A stretch of DNA of 41,465 nt, taken from positions 1 through 41,465 of the forward strand of contig CAZJVP010000066.1 of assembly GCA_964549615.1 (NCBI GenBank), given 5' to 3'. Shown piece by piece: positions 8,515 to 17,010 of the stretch. Under the pieces are notes generated by a model, which made no database searches, was not told where the DNA came from, and was given only the letters and a program-made list of their open reading frames with translations. The DNA comes from an uncultured Thermococci archaeon. GTDB lineage: Archaea > CAYQAE01 > CAYVLA01. Every line of letters begins with the position of its first letter. The stretch's first letter is position 1. Both the position numbers and the translations under genes were made by a program.

Positions 8515-8520
8515 ATTTAA
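8515..8520 (-). promoter_or_regulatory. Archaeal TATA-like box (TTAAAT) for paralogue 1, flanked by an imperfect inverted repeat
   Basis: 25-30 nt upstream of ATG 8490. Inverted repeat AGGTCAAGG (8500-8508) / CTTTGACCT (8521-8529). Confidence 0.55.
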
Positions 8521-8558
8521 CTTTGACCTGACTCGACCAGAGACCGAACAGGGAATCA

Positions 8559-8566
8559 TTATTAAT
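8559..8566 (+). promoter_or_regulatory. Archaeal TATA-like box (TTATTAAT) for the DUF4432 gene
   Basis: AT-rich box 32-39 nt upstream of TTG 8598 in a divergent intergenic region. Confidence 0.55.
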
Positions 8567-8597
8567 CTGCGGCCGTTGCTGGCGGCGAGGCGATCAG

Positions 8598-9656
8598 TTG
8601 GTCACATTGTACGGCCAGACCTTCACCAGAGACGAGATCCTCAGGAGGGTCGGAAGCGTCTCTCAGATCGGCGGCGTGGAGCTCGCTGAGCTTGCTGACG
8701 GTGTGGAGCGGGGCAACAGGGCCGCTGTCTTTAGAACGGGATCCGGGTTCGAGTTCACGGTCCTGCCGGATCGGGGCCTGGACATCGCCAACGCGTCCTG
8801 GTGCGGCATCCCGATGGGTTGGATCTCCGCCACAGGCAGGAGCGCGCCCGCCTTCTACGAGAGCAGCGGGCTTGAATGGCTCAGGACGTTCTACGGGGGG
8901 CTCCTTGTCACCTGCGGGCTAACATATGCAGGGGCTCCCTGCGTGGACGAGGGAGTGGAGCTGGGCCTCCACGGCAGGTTCTCCAACATCCCTGCCAGGA
9001 GGGTGAACGTGGAAGAGGAATGGGAGGGCGACGATTACGTCATGAGGATATCAGGGGAGGTTGCCGAGGCGAAGGTCTTCCAGCCCACGGTTCTGCTCAG
9101 GAGGGAGGTCGGCGCGCGCTTGGGCGAGTCCAAGCTCTGGATCAGGGATGTGGTTGAGAACGCAGGCTACGCAAGAACGCCCCACATGATCGTCTACCAC
9201 ATCAACATAGGGTTCCCGATCGTGGACGACGGCTCGAAGCTGATATGCCGTTCCAAGGAGGTCCTTCCAAGGGACGACGAGGCGAAGCCGGGAGTGAGCA
9301 AGCATGCGGTCTTCTCGGCGCCGGTCAAGGATTACCGGGAGCAAGTCTTCTACCACGAGATGGTCCCAGATGCATCGGGCATGGTGCATGTGGGCATCGT
9401 GAACCAGGCCCGGCAGGTAGGGGTCAAGGTCAGTTACAGGAAGGATCAGCTGCCCAAGTTCATCGAGTGGAAGATGATGGGCGAATCGGTCTATGTCGTT
9501 GGGCTGGAACCAGCCAACTGCTGGGTCGAGGGAAGGGCCAAGGAGAGGAAGAGGGGGACGCTGCAGTTCCTCGACCCAGGGGAGAGGAGGTCATACGACC
9601 TTGAGATCTCCTTCCTGCAAGGCAAGGAGGCCCTGGATTTCGCCAAACGTTCCTAG
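8598..9656 (+). CDS. DUF4432 / aldose-1-epimerase-like (galactose mutarotase fold) protein
   Basis: Motifs VLPDRGLDI, WLRTFYGGLLVTCGL, GLHGR, YHINIGFP, VVGLEP. Confidence 0.88.
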   Translation: MVTLYGQTFTRDEILRRVGSVSQIGGVELAELADGVERGNRAAVFRTGSGFEFTVLPDRGLDIANASWCGIPMGWISATGRSAPAFYESSGLEWLRTFYGGLLVTCGLTYAGAPCVDEGVELGLHGRFSNIPARRVNVEEEWEGDDYVMRISGEVAEAKVFQPTVLLRREVGARLGESKLWIRDVVENAGYARTPHMIVYHINIGFPIVDDGSKLICRSKEVLPRDDEAKPGVSKHAVFSAPVKDYREQVFYHEMVPDASGMVHVGIVNQARQVGVKVSYRKDQLPKFIEWKMMGESVYVVGLEPANCWVEGRAKERKRGTLQFLDPGERRSYDLEISFLQGKEALDFAKRS

Positions 9657-10348
9657 CGCCGGGCCGATCTGGCAATCTTGAAGAAGTTTTCCAACACCGT
9701 CCTTCCATCTGGGTGGGCTTGGTCGAAGGTCTCGGGGTGAAACTGGACTCCGAAGATCGGCCTCGTTCTGTGGGCAACGGCTTGGATCTTGCAGCTCGGG
9801 GAGTCCGCGAGAACCTCAAGGGCGTCTGGCACCTCCTTCACCTCGCAGTAATGCGACTGATGGACGACGATCTTGCGGCCCAGTCCGGCGAACAGCTCAT
9901 GCTCGCGGCGGATGCGAACTGCGGAGTACCCCCGCTCCTTGAAATAGCCGGGCATGTACCGCGGGTAGGGGTCGGGCTCTCCCTCCGACAAGCGCCTCAT
10001 CGGTCCGACGCTACCCCCCAGGGCCTTGCATACGAGCTGGTGTCCGCCGCATATGCCGAGGATCGGGACGTTTGAGCTTCGGACCGCCTCGTATGGTTGC
10101 TGCAGCTGGGACGGGGTGTATTTCTCCCAATCAGTCCGATTGCCGCTGATCACCATCGCGAGGAGCGGGAGCTCGTCCAGGTGGGAGCCGTCGAGCCAGA
10201 TGAAGCTTTGAGACATGCAACCAGCTCGCGAAAGAGTGCGGAAGATCTCGCAGTCCCTCCGCAGGCTTCTCAGGTGGGCAGCCCTTCGCTTCCGGCTCAG
10301 AAGGGACAGAGGATGCTCGATGTCGAGATAGAGGACGAATCGTCTCAT
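9653..10348 (-). CDS. Stand-alone class I glutamine amidotransferase / gamma-glutamyl hydrolase-like protein
   Basis: Catalytic triad motifs PILGICGGHQ and GVQFHPE; QSH. Confidence 0.88.
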   Translation of the reverse strand: MRRFVLYLDIEHPLSLLSRKRRAAHLRSLRRDCEIFRTLSRAGCMSQSFIWLDGSHLDELPLLAMVISGNRTDWEKYTPSQLQQPYEAVRSSNVPILGICGGHQLVCKALGGSVGPMRRLSEGEPDPYPRYMPGYFKERGYSAVRIRREHELFAGLGRKIVVHQSHYCEVKEVPDALEVLADSPSCKIQAVAHRTRPIFGVQFHPETFDQAHPDGRTVLENFFKIARSARR

Positions 10349-10618
10349 TCATCACACCCGGATCTTCCCTCGCTCAGCCTCGCCCCAGATCCAACGCAGA
10401 ATTCATCGCTTTCAGGCAGGCGTGTGGCCGCAGGACTGCGGAGCGCGGTTTTCATCTTGGGGGCGCACCCCCACGTGTGGATCGAGCGCTCGCATATATC
10501 CGTTTCGAGGCCGCGCGCCCGGTGCCTTCGGAGCACATCTTCTGGGTAATGCGACATGATGATGAGGGGAGATGACCCGGGGCTTGTCGAAACCGCTGGG
10601 CGATCGTATGAGTTGGTT

Positions 10619-11392
10619 TCATCGCCTCCTCCACGCGATCTTGGTGTACAGGATGATCCCAACGGCCAGTATCCCGATCGATGTCGCTACGGTGCTGGCC
10701 ACCTGCGCGACGGTCAGGGGCGTGTAACCCGAGTATTCCTCACCAAACAGAACGTAGATAATGGCAGAGTTAACGGACGAGATGGGATAGATCCTAGCGA
10801 AGCTCTGGAGGCTCGCCGGTAGGGCGGAGTATGGAGCCATCACCCCACTGATGGCTGCCGTGATCACGGATAATCCCACCCCCGTCATTATCGCTCCTTG
10901 GACGTTCTTGACAAGGGATGCTATTACGCTGCCTATCCCCGCCGATGCGGTGAAGCCGACCAGCAGGAAGCCGAGCGCAAGGAGCACCTCGGCCGCGGAA
11001 AGACGGAACCTAGCGCCCGTTGCGTATCCGACCAACCCTACGAGGACCACGGCGAGCGCCGAGAAGCAGAGCAGACCTAGGACACGACCCAGGAAATCCC
11101 TCCACGGGCTAGCGGGCATGGACATCAGCTTGGCCAGCGTGCCCCTTTCTCGATCGGTGGAAACTGTGGCTGGAAGATTGCTCATCCCCGCGATCATGAG
11201 TGCGAAGACCATCATGGGGACCGTCATGGAGCCCTTAACCACCGGCAAGACGTCCTCGGGGATGCCCTTGACGAAGATCGCGCCCGAAAGAAGCACCCAT
11301 ATGCTCGGCCAGGCTATGGTCCAGAACAGGCTCTCCTTCAGTCGGATGAGCTCCTTCGCGCTCCTCTCCAGCCCTCCCGTTACCTGGCCCAT
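10619..11392 (-). CDS. ABC-2 type exporter permease
   Basis: Six hydrophobic segments and DRERGTL motif. Its ATG abuts the ATPase stop (TAGATG). Confidence 0.9.
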   Translation of the reverse strand: MGQVTGGLERSAKELIRLKESLFWTIAWPSIWVLLSGAIFVKGIPEDVLPVVKGSMTVPMMVFALMIAGMSNLPATVSTDRERGTLAKLMSMPASPWRDFLGRVLGLLCFSALAVVLVGLVGYATGARFRLSAAEVLLALGFLLVGFTASAGIGSVIASLVKNVQGAIMTGVGLSVITAAISGVMAPYSALPASLQSFARIYPISSVNSAIIYVLFGEEYSGYTPLTVAQVASTVATSIGILAVGIILYTKIAWRRR

Positions 11393-12319
11393 CTAGACCG
11401 ACCCGCTTACCGATCTTCCGGTCATCTTGAAGAAAACGTCCTCCAGGGACGGCGTCGCGCTCTCAACTTTCACCACCCTGGCGCCAGCTCGGTCCAGGGC
11501 CCTCACGATCTCCGGGGTTGCTTTCTCTTGGTCCCGGGAGTATACCCTGTACCCAACATCCGTCTCCAATACGCGTCCGTTCTCGCTGAAAGGCTTCAGC
11601 GCTTCTACCGCCCTTTGGCTCTTTGCCGCGGTCTCGATGCTGATGACGTTTCGCAAGCCCGAAAGAGCCCTGAGTTCCTCGGGCTCGCCCTGGGCAATCA
11701 TCCTCCCGCCATCGATCAGCCCGACCTTGGAGGCGATTTCGGCATCCGATCCAAGGTGGGTCACCAACAGGATGGACGTGGCCTCCCCTTTGAGGTCCTG
11801 GAGTAGGCCGAGGAACATCCTTCTGGCGGATGGGTCGAGGCCGGTTGTAGGCTCATCCAACAACATCACCTTGATGCCCGGAAAGAGGGCCGTCGCGGCC
11901 TCCAGCCTCTTCCTCATGCCGCCAGAGTATGCAGAGACCCGCTTTTTGGCGTCGGCCGAAAGGCCGACCTTCTCCAGCAAGTCATCAGCCAGTCTCGCGG
12001 ATTCGGATCTGGAATAACCGAGCACGCTGGCGAAGTAGATGAGGTTCTCCCTGCCCGTCAGGTTCGGAATCGTGAAGTTGGACTGCGGAACATAGCCGAC
12101 CAACTCCCTTGCCTGCTGGGGCTTTCGACCGTAGATCTCTATCGTTCCGCTGCTCGGCAAAAGGGTTGAGGCGAGGATCGAGAGGAGGGTTGTCTTGCCT
12201 GAGCCGTTCGGCCCCATGAGGGCATAGAACTCTCCCTCACGCACATCCAGATTGACTCCCCGGAGCACCTCCTCGCGCCCATAGCTCTTCCTCAGGCCTT
12301 CAATGTGTATGGCATTCAT
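11393..12319 (-). CDS. ABC-2 type exporter ATP-binding protein (DrrA-like)
   Basis: Start moved to ATG 12319 (MNAIHIEGL). Walker A GPNGSGKTT, signature YSGGM, Walker B LLDEPTTGLD, C-terminal PSLEDVF. Confidence 0.93.
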   Translation of the reverse strand: MNAIHIEGLRKSYGREEVLRGVNLDVREGEFYALMGPNGSGKTTLLSILASTLLPSSGTIEIYGRKPQQARELVGYVPQSNFTIPNLTGRENLIYFASVLGYSRSESARLADDLLEKVGLSADAKKRVSAYSGGMRKRLEAATALFPGIKVMLLDEPTTGLDPSARRMFLGLLQDLKGEATSILLVTHLGSDAEIASKVGLIDGGRMIAQGEPEELRALSGLRNVISIETAAKSQRAVEALKPFSENGRVLETDVGYRVYSRDQEKATPEIVRALDRAGARVVKVESATPSLEDVFFKMTGRSVSGSV

Positions 12320-12430
12320 TTGAGAACCCCGGCGTGGCCGTCTGGGCAGGTGCCGCACTGCGGAAGCCGTTGAAATCTCTTCCTGCAGCCAGCGACCCAA
12401 GGGTCGGCCAGCAGAAAAGCAGGAAATCAC

Positions 12431-13789
12431 TCAGCTGGTCGACCGTGTCCAGGGAACGTCATCCTCGGTGTCGATCATCCAGTCCATCAGGAGCCATCTC
12501 ATCTTCTGAGCCACTCGTTGCCTGCGGCGGATGGCGTTCCTGGACTCCTGCGGGTCGGCAGATAGGTCGAAGAGCATCTCCCTCTGGAGTCCGGCTTTCC
12601 GGAAGACCTCCGCCGGGGCGTAGTCATGAGACCAAGGTATGTCGCCGACGGAACGATGGTAGATGTACTTCCAGTCCCTCGTGCGCACGGCCTTCACGGC
12701 GGTGCCTTTGTACTCGCAGAACTCCATGAAGACGGCGTCGTGGACTTTGTTCACGGCTCCTACAAGCAGCGGGACCAGGCTCGTCCCCTGGCATGAGTCG
12801 GGCAAGGGAAGCCCCAGTAAGTCCAAGACGGTGGGCATCACGTCGCAGAGCTGGACCAAGGGCCTGAGCTTCCTGCCGCAGGGCACAGTCTCGGGCCATG
12901 AGATCACGAGGGTCGAGCGCATCAGAGGATCCAAGAGGAAGGGAGGCTTCTTGAAAAAGCCGTGCTCTCCAAGGAAGACTCCGTGATCGCTGACAAGCAC
13001 GACGAGGGTATCATCCAGAAGGCGGGCCTCCGCCAGGAAACCCAGGATTCGTCCGACCCCTTTGTCGACTAAAGCAACCTCGCCGTCGTAAAGCGCGCGG
13101 AGGTGTCTGATCACCCGCTCCCCAGCCTCTGGCTCGTACATCTTGGGGTCGGTGAGATCCGGCCCATCGTAGCCGTTGTCAAACATCGATGCGTAGGGCT
13201 CGGGCGGGCGCCAAGGCTCGTGGATCGATTCGTAGTCGACCCAGAGAAACCACTTGCCCTCCGGTCGGCTCTCAAGCCATCCCAGGGCGGCATCGGTGAC
13301 TAGGGTGGCAGGGTGCCTCGCCTCCTCGGGCGAGATCGCGGGCCCCGTGTCGCCTCGGTGCGAAGATCGCTCGTCCTTCGGCAAGCTTAATGCATCCTGG
13401 GAGAAGCGCGCCATAGGCTGCACGTGCGAGAAACCCTTTTCCTGGCCCGGGTAAACCATGGGCGTCGCAGCAGTTGTGTAGCCGGACGCGGCAAGGAGCT
13501 GAGGGAGCGTGATCTCCTTGGGCGGCAGGCTCATGTCGTTGATCCTCACGCCATGTGCGTGGGGGAATCTTCCGGTGAGGACCGTGGCCCGCGAGGGGAC
13601 GCTAGATGGCATGGGGCAGAAGCAGTTCTGCATGAAGGTCCCACGCGCTGCCAGCGAATCGATGTTCGGCGTCCTCGCCGACCGGTTCCCGCCGCAACCC
13701 AAGCGATCGGGACGGAGCGAATCGATCATGAACATCAGGACGTTGGGCTTCTCCTTCAATGCGATCGACCCTCTCGGAATGTGCTCCAC
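12431..13789 (-). CDS. Sulfatase-family hydrolase (Ser-type signature); start may be TTG 13759
   Basis: KPNVL...DSLRPD, SVPSRATVLTG (S-x-P-x-R), HEP, SDHG, LFDLSADPQE. No signal peptide. Confidence 0.9.
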   Translation of the reverse strand: MEHIPRGSIALKEKPNVLMFMIDSLRPDRLGCGGNRSARTPNIDSLAARGTFMQNCFCPMPSSVPSRATVLTGRFPHAHGVRINDMSLPPKEITLPQLLAASGYTTAATPMVYPGQEKGFSHVQPMARFSQDALSLPKDERSSHRGDTGPAISPEEARHPATLVTDAALGWLESRPEGKWFLWVDYESIHEPWRPPEPYASMFDNGYDGPDLTDPKMYEPEAGERVIRHLRALYDGEVALVDKGVGRILGFLAEARLLDDTLVVLVSDHGVFLGEHGFFKKPPFLLDPLMRSTLVISWPETVPCGRKLRPLVQLCDVMPTVLDLLGLPLPDSCQGTSLVPLLVGAVNKVHDAVFMEFCEYKGTAVKAVRTRDWKYIYHRSVGDIPWSHDYAPAEVFRKAGLQREMLFDLSADPQESRNAIRRRQRVAQKMRWLLMDWMIDTEDDVPWTRSTS

Positions 13790-13952
13790 AGCAACTCAAG
13801 GCTTTGCCGCGGGCGGCTGAAAAAGTCTTCCTCGCGGGTTGACCTTGGCTGGTCGAGCCAGCCCACTCGGAAGGACTTCGGTCCGGCCAGGCGTCAACGG
13901 GGCGGAAGGAACAGCTCAAACATTTCAGCGCGCAGTTAGCTGTGCGTGGCCG

Positions 13953-15554
13953 ATGCCCGAGGGACTCCACATCCGCTTCATCCTGCCGGTGCTGCTCGCC
14001 CTTCCCGCGGCAGCGGCCGCCGGGAACGTCGCGCTATGGATCGGGGTCGATTCCGCACAGAAAGGCACCATCTTGCAACCGGGAAGGCATGTCTTGGTCG
14101 TTGAGTTGTCGAACCAAGGCGAACCTATGGCGGAAGCGCTTCTGGGTGTTGAGGTGTCGAAGCTTCACAAGGGCGTCGTATGGCAGACATCCCTCGCGGC
14201 GGACCTGCCAGGACCAGGTACTTCACGCAGGTTCAATCTGAGCTTTGTCGCGGAAGATCCGGGTCTCTACAGCGTAGCGGCTGGAGTTTGCATCGGTTCG
14301 ATCCAAGTCGCCAGGGCGCAGTTGGACATCGGCGTCAGCGTCACGACCGACAGGTGCCAGAGCTGGCGGACTAGGCTGGAGGTGAGAAACAAGACGCACC
14401 TCTTCCTTGCGTTCTACTACCCCTGGTACTCCAGCCCGGACGGGCCGTCCGGGATTTGGCGGCACTGGGATCCCGGGGCCGAGTACGCCGCCACCCATGT
14501 GCCCCTGATCGGGTTCTACGATTCGTGCTCGACGGAGGTCATCTCCTACCATGTCAGGACGGCTCAGAGCGTTGGTCTTGATGGTTTCATCTGCTCGTGG
14601 TGGGGCCCGGGCAACTACATCGATGATGCGTTCTCCAAGATACTTGATGTCGGGTACGGAGCTGGCTTTAGCTCAACGGTTTATCTTGAGGTCGTGCAGG
14701 ACGCGCACGATCTGTACAGGCAGCTTCACTACGTGCTCACGCGCTACGGGAGCCATCCGGTCTTCCTGAGATACGCCGAGAGGCCCGTGATCTTCGTCTA
14801 CAGCCGAGTAATCGGCGCGCTTACACTTGGCGATTTCGCCGCGGTCTTCTCGCAGCTTGAAGAGCAAGGACTCCCCGCGGTCTACATCGCCGATTCGCTT
14901 GACGCAAGGTACCTGGATGTCTTCGACGGACTGCACACGTATAGCCCCCTCAACGTGATGGACAGATACCCGGCCCTCGTCGATGCGTGCGCAGCGCGGG
15001 GAAAGATCTTCGCAGCCACCGTCGCGCCGGGCTACGACGACACGATCATCAGGCGCCCGGGCTTGGTCGTTGACAGAATGAACGGCTCCTTCTACATGGG
15101 TGCGTGGGAAATGGTCATGATCTCGAAGCCCCAATGGGTTCTAGTTACATCCTGGAACGAATGGCATGAAGGTAGCGAGATTGAGCCAAGCTTGGAGTTC
15201 GGTGACCTTTACCTTAACCTGACCGCCCTGTACTACGGTTTGTTCGAGTCGGGCAGGCTCACTCCGCGGATGGAGGAGCGTATTAGGGAGATATCGGAGA
15301 TGTTCGGCGCGGCGGAAAGCCTGATACGGGCCGCCGAGGACAAGGGCCTTGACACGCGCTTCATGAGGAGGGACTACTCCATTGCAACGGACTCCTGGAA
15401 GCGGTTCGATTATGCCGTAACTAGGATGTACCTTGAGAGGATACTTGCACGCAAGGACGAGATCCCAGAAAGCATCTTGATCGCCGCAACGTTCCTTCTG
15501 TTTTGCGGACTGGCCCGCGGGCCATCGCAGGATGGTCTGCCTCGACGAGCATAA
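13953..15554 (+). CDS. Secreted GH99/GH71-like glycoside hydrolase with N-terminal Ig-like domain, helical stalk and IPE-type C-terminal anchor
   Basis: Start moved to ATG 13953 (signal peptide). Motifs AFYYPWY, GFYDS, GLDGFICSWWG, PGYDD, TSWNEWHEGSEIEPS (GH99-type EWHE). Confidence 0.85.
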   Translation: MPEGLHIRFILPVLLALPAAAAAGNVALWIGVDSAQKGTILQPGRHVLVVELSNQGEPMAEALLGVEVSKLHKGVVWQTSLAADLPGPGTSRRFNLSFVAEDPGLYSVAAGVCIGSIQVARAQLDIGVSVTTDRCQSWRTRLEVRNKTHLFLAFYYPWYSSPDGPSGIWRHWDPGAEYAATHVPLIGFYDSCSTEVISYHVRTAQSVGLDGFICSWWGPGNYIDDAFSKILDVGYGAGFSSTVYLEVVQDAHDLYRQLHYVLTRYGSHPVFLRYAERPVIFVYSRVIGALTLGDFAAVFSQLEEQGLPAVYIADSLDARYLDVFDGLHTYSPLNVMDRYPALVDACAARGKIFAATVAPGYDDTIIRRPGLVVDRMNGSFYMGAWEMVMISKPQWVLVTSWNEWHEGSEIEPSLEFGDLYLNLTALYYGLFESGRLTPRMEERIREISEMFGAAESLIRAAEDKGLDTRFMRRDYSIATDSWKRFDYAVTRMYLERILARKDEIPESILIAATFLLFCGLARGPSQDGLPRRA

Positions 15555-15675
15555 GCTGTCGTCAGCTCTCGCTAGGTTAGCGACGGATCGGGGCTTCCCG
15601 CTGCTGTGCGCGTGGCGTTGGGGCGGGACGATCTGCGAAACGCGAAGATCTTGCACTCAAGCTGGCAACGTCTTG

Positions 15676-15834
15676 TTATTTCTTCTTCGCGGTCTTTCTC
15701 CGGGCCTTCTTGCCGATGTTCTTCATCGGTCTGCCACAACACACGAGGTCACACTCGGCGCACCCGCAAACCTCGTCGATCACGCACACAACGCCGCAGA
15801 GCTCGCACTTGTACCGGTCCCCTTTGGCCGCCAT
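15676..15834 (-). CDS. Small Cys-rich desulforedoxin-like metal-binding protein (52 aa)
   Basis: MAAKGDRYKCELCG...LVCCGRPM matches the desulforedoxin Y-K-C-x2-CG...CCG-x-PM pattern. TTTATC box about 37 nt upstream of ATG 15834. Confidence 0.8.
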   Translation of the reverse strand: MAAKGDRYKCELCGVVCVIDEVCGCAECDLVCCGRPMKNIGKKARRKTAKKK

Positions 15835-15977
15835 GCCAGATGCCTCAGAGTCCAACCATGGATCCTGGTTGATAAATTGCTCGGTCATCAGGTCAGGTCA
15901 TGGCCGATGCCCGCCCAGGTTGCCGCCAACGGTAACTGAGGGGCCCGGCCTCTCCGACCGGGTCAATGCCTTCCGGA

Positions 15978-16742
15978 CTAGATCACGCCGATTTCGCGCA
16001 GGTAGTTGACGGAGTCGACTATCCTTTGATGGGTCTGCTCGAGGGTGAGATCCTCCCCTTCGATGCCCTCCATCTCCAAGGTGAAGGGCCCGCGAAACCC
16101 GAGCTCGTTGAGGATGCGGAACACGCTCGGGTAATCCACAACACCCTTGCCGAGCGTGGGGAAATACCATGTCTTGGGCTTCCCGTTGGTGTCCTTGAGA
16201 TGGACGCTCGCCACATACCTCGCGATCTTCTTGAGCTCAGCCACCGCGTCTACGCCCTCGTTATAGTAGTAGATGTTAGCTGTGTCGAAGTTTATCCTGA
16301 CGTTGGGGTGGTTGACAAGCTTCATGGTTCTCAGCATCTGGTCCCCATTCTGGCAAAGATCGGGATGCGTCTCCATTGAGATGACGGTATGGCAGCTGGC
16401 CGCGGCGTCGCCGAGGATGGCCAGCTTCTCGAATGGTTGGCGGCCGGGTAGCCCGCCCGAGTTCGTGCTGCAAAACACCACGCCAACGTCCATCTTCCGC
16501 GCCGTTTCCAGGCTCTGCTCTAGGGCCCGGATATCGGATTCCTTGGCAAGGTTGCAGCCGGTCGCCAGGGAGGCCGCGGTCAGGCCGTGCCTGCGGAGTT
16601 CGGCTTTCGTCCGAGGTATCTCATCTGGGGCCGGGGGCGAGATCTCAACGTTGTAGATTCCCGCCTTCGGCAGATACTCGAATGCCAGGTGCGCGTACTT
16701 CCTGTAGGATCCGGGTCTGCACGAGATTATGTTCTTCACCAA
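15978..16742 (-). CDS. Sugar phosphate isomerase/epimerase (AP_endonuc_2 / xylose-isomerase-like TIM barrel)
   Basis: Metal ligand motifs METHP, FDTAN, VHLKD, TLEME; GKGVVDY. Confidence 0.9.
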   Translation of the reverse strand: MVKNIISCRPGSYRKYAHLAFEYLPKAGIYNVEISPPAPDEIPRTKAELRRHGLTAASLATGCNLAKESDIRALEQSLETARKMDVGVVFCSTNSGGLPGRQPFEKLAILGDAAASCHTVISMETHPDLCQNGDQMLRTMKLVNHPNVRINFDTANIYYYNEGVDAVAELKKIARYVASVHLKDTNGKPKTWYFPTLGKGVVDYPSVFRILNELGFRGPFTLEMEGIEGEDLTLEQTHQRIVDSVNYLREIGVI

Positions 16743-17010
16743 ACCACCGTGCTTTTCGGGACATCCCGTCCCTTTGCCGGCCCCGCAGGCCCCCTGTGCC
16801 TAGAAAAATGCCTTCGCTCCGAGTTTGCTCCAAGCTCGCAGGAGCGGAGCCGCGGCTCCCGCCACAGCCCTCTGGCCCAGGCGCGATTTTGGCCATGAGG
16901 GCTTTTTTCGTGGTTGGGGCTGACCCTGTGCCTGATGTCGCTTAGCCGGAAGCTGAGAACAGTAATAAGCCCCATCTCGCGGCTTTTCCGCGGATCGCAG
17001 AGGGATCGGT

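Noticed and set aside
7516-8520. 334-aa plus-strand ORF
   Set aside because: Antisense to paralogue 1, whose reality is supported by its homologue at 24961-26187.
9653-10348. Calling the gene guaA subunit A
   Set aside because: It lacks the typical GMP synthase N-terminal G-x-Q motif and SGGP, and has an insertion. Only a generic class I GATase call is supported.
10556-10618. Box C/D sRNA suggested by ATGATGA
   Set aside because: No CTGA D or D' boxes at suitable distances downstream.
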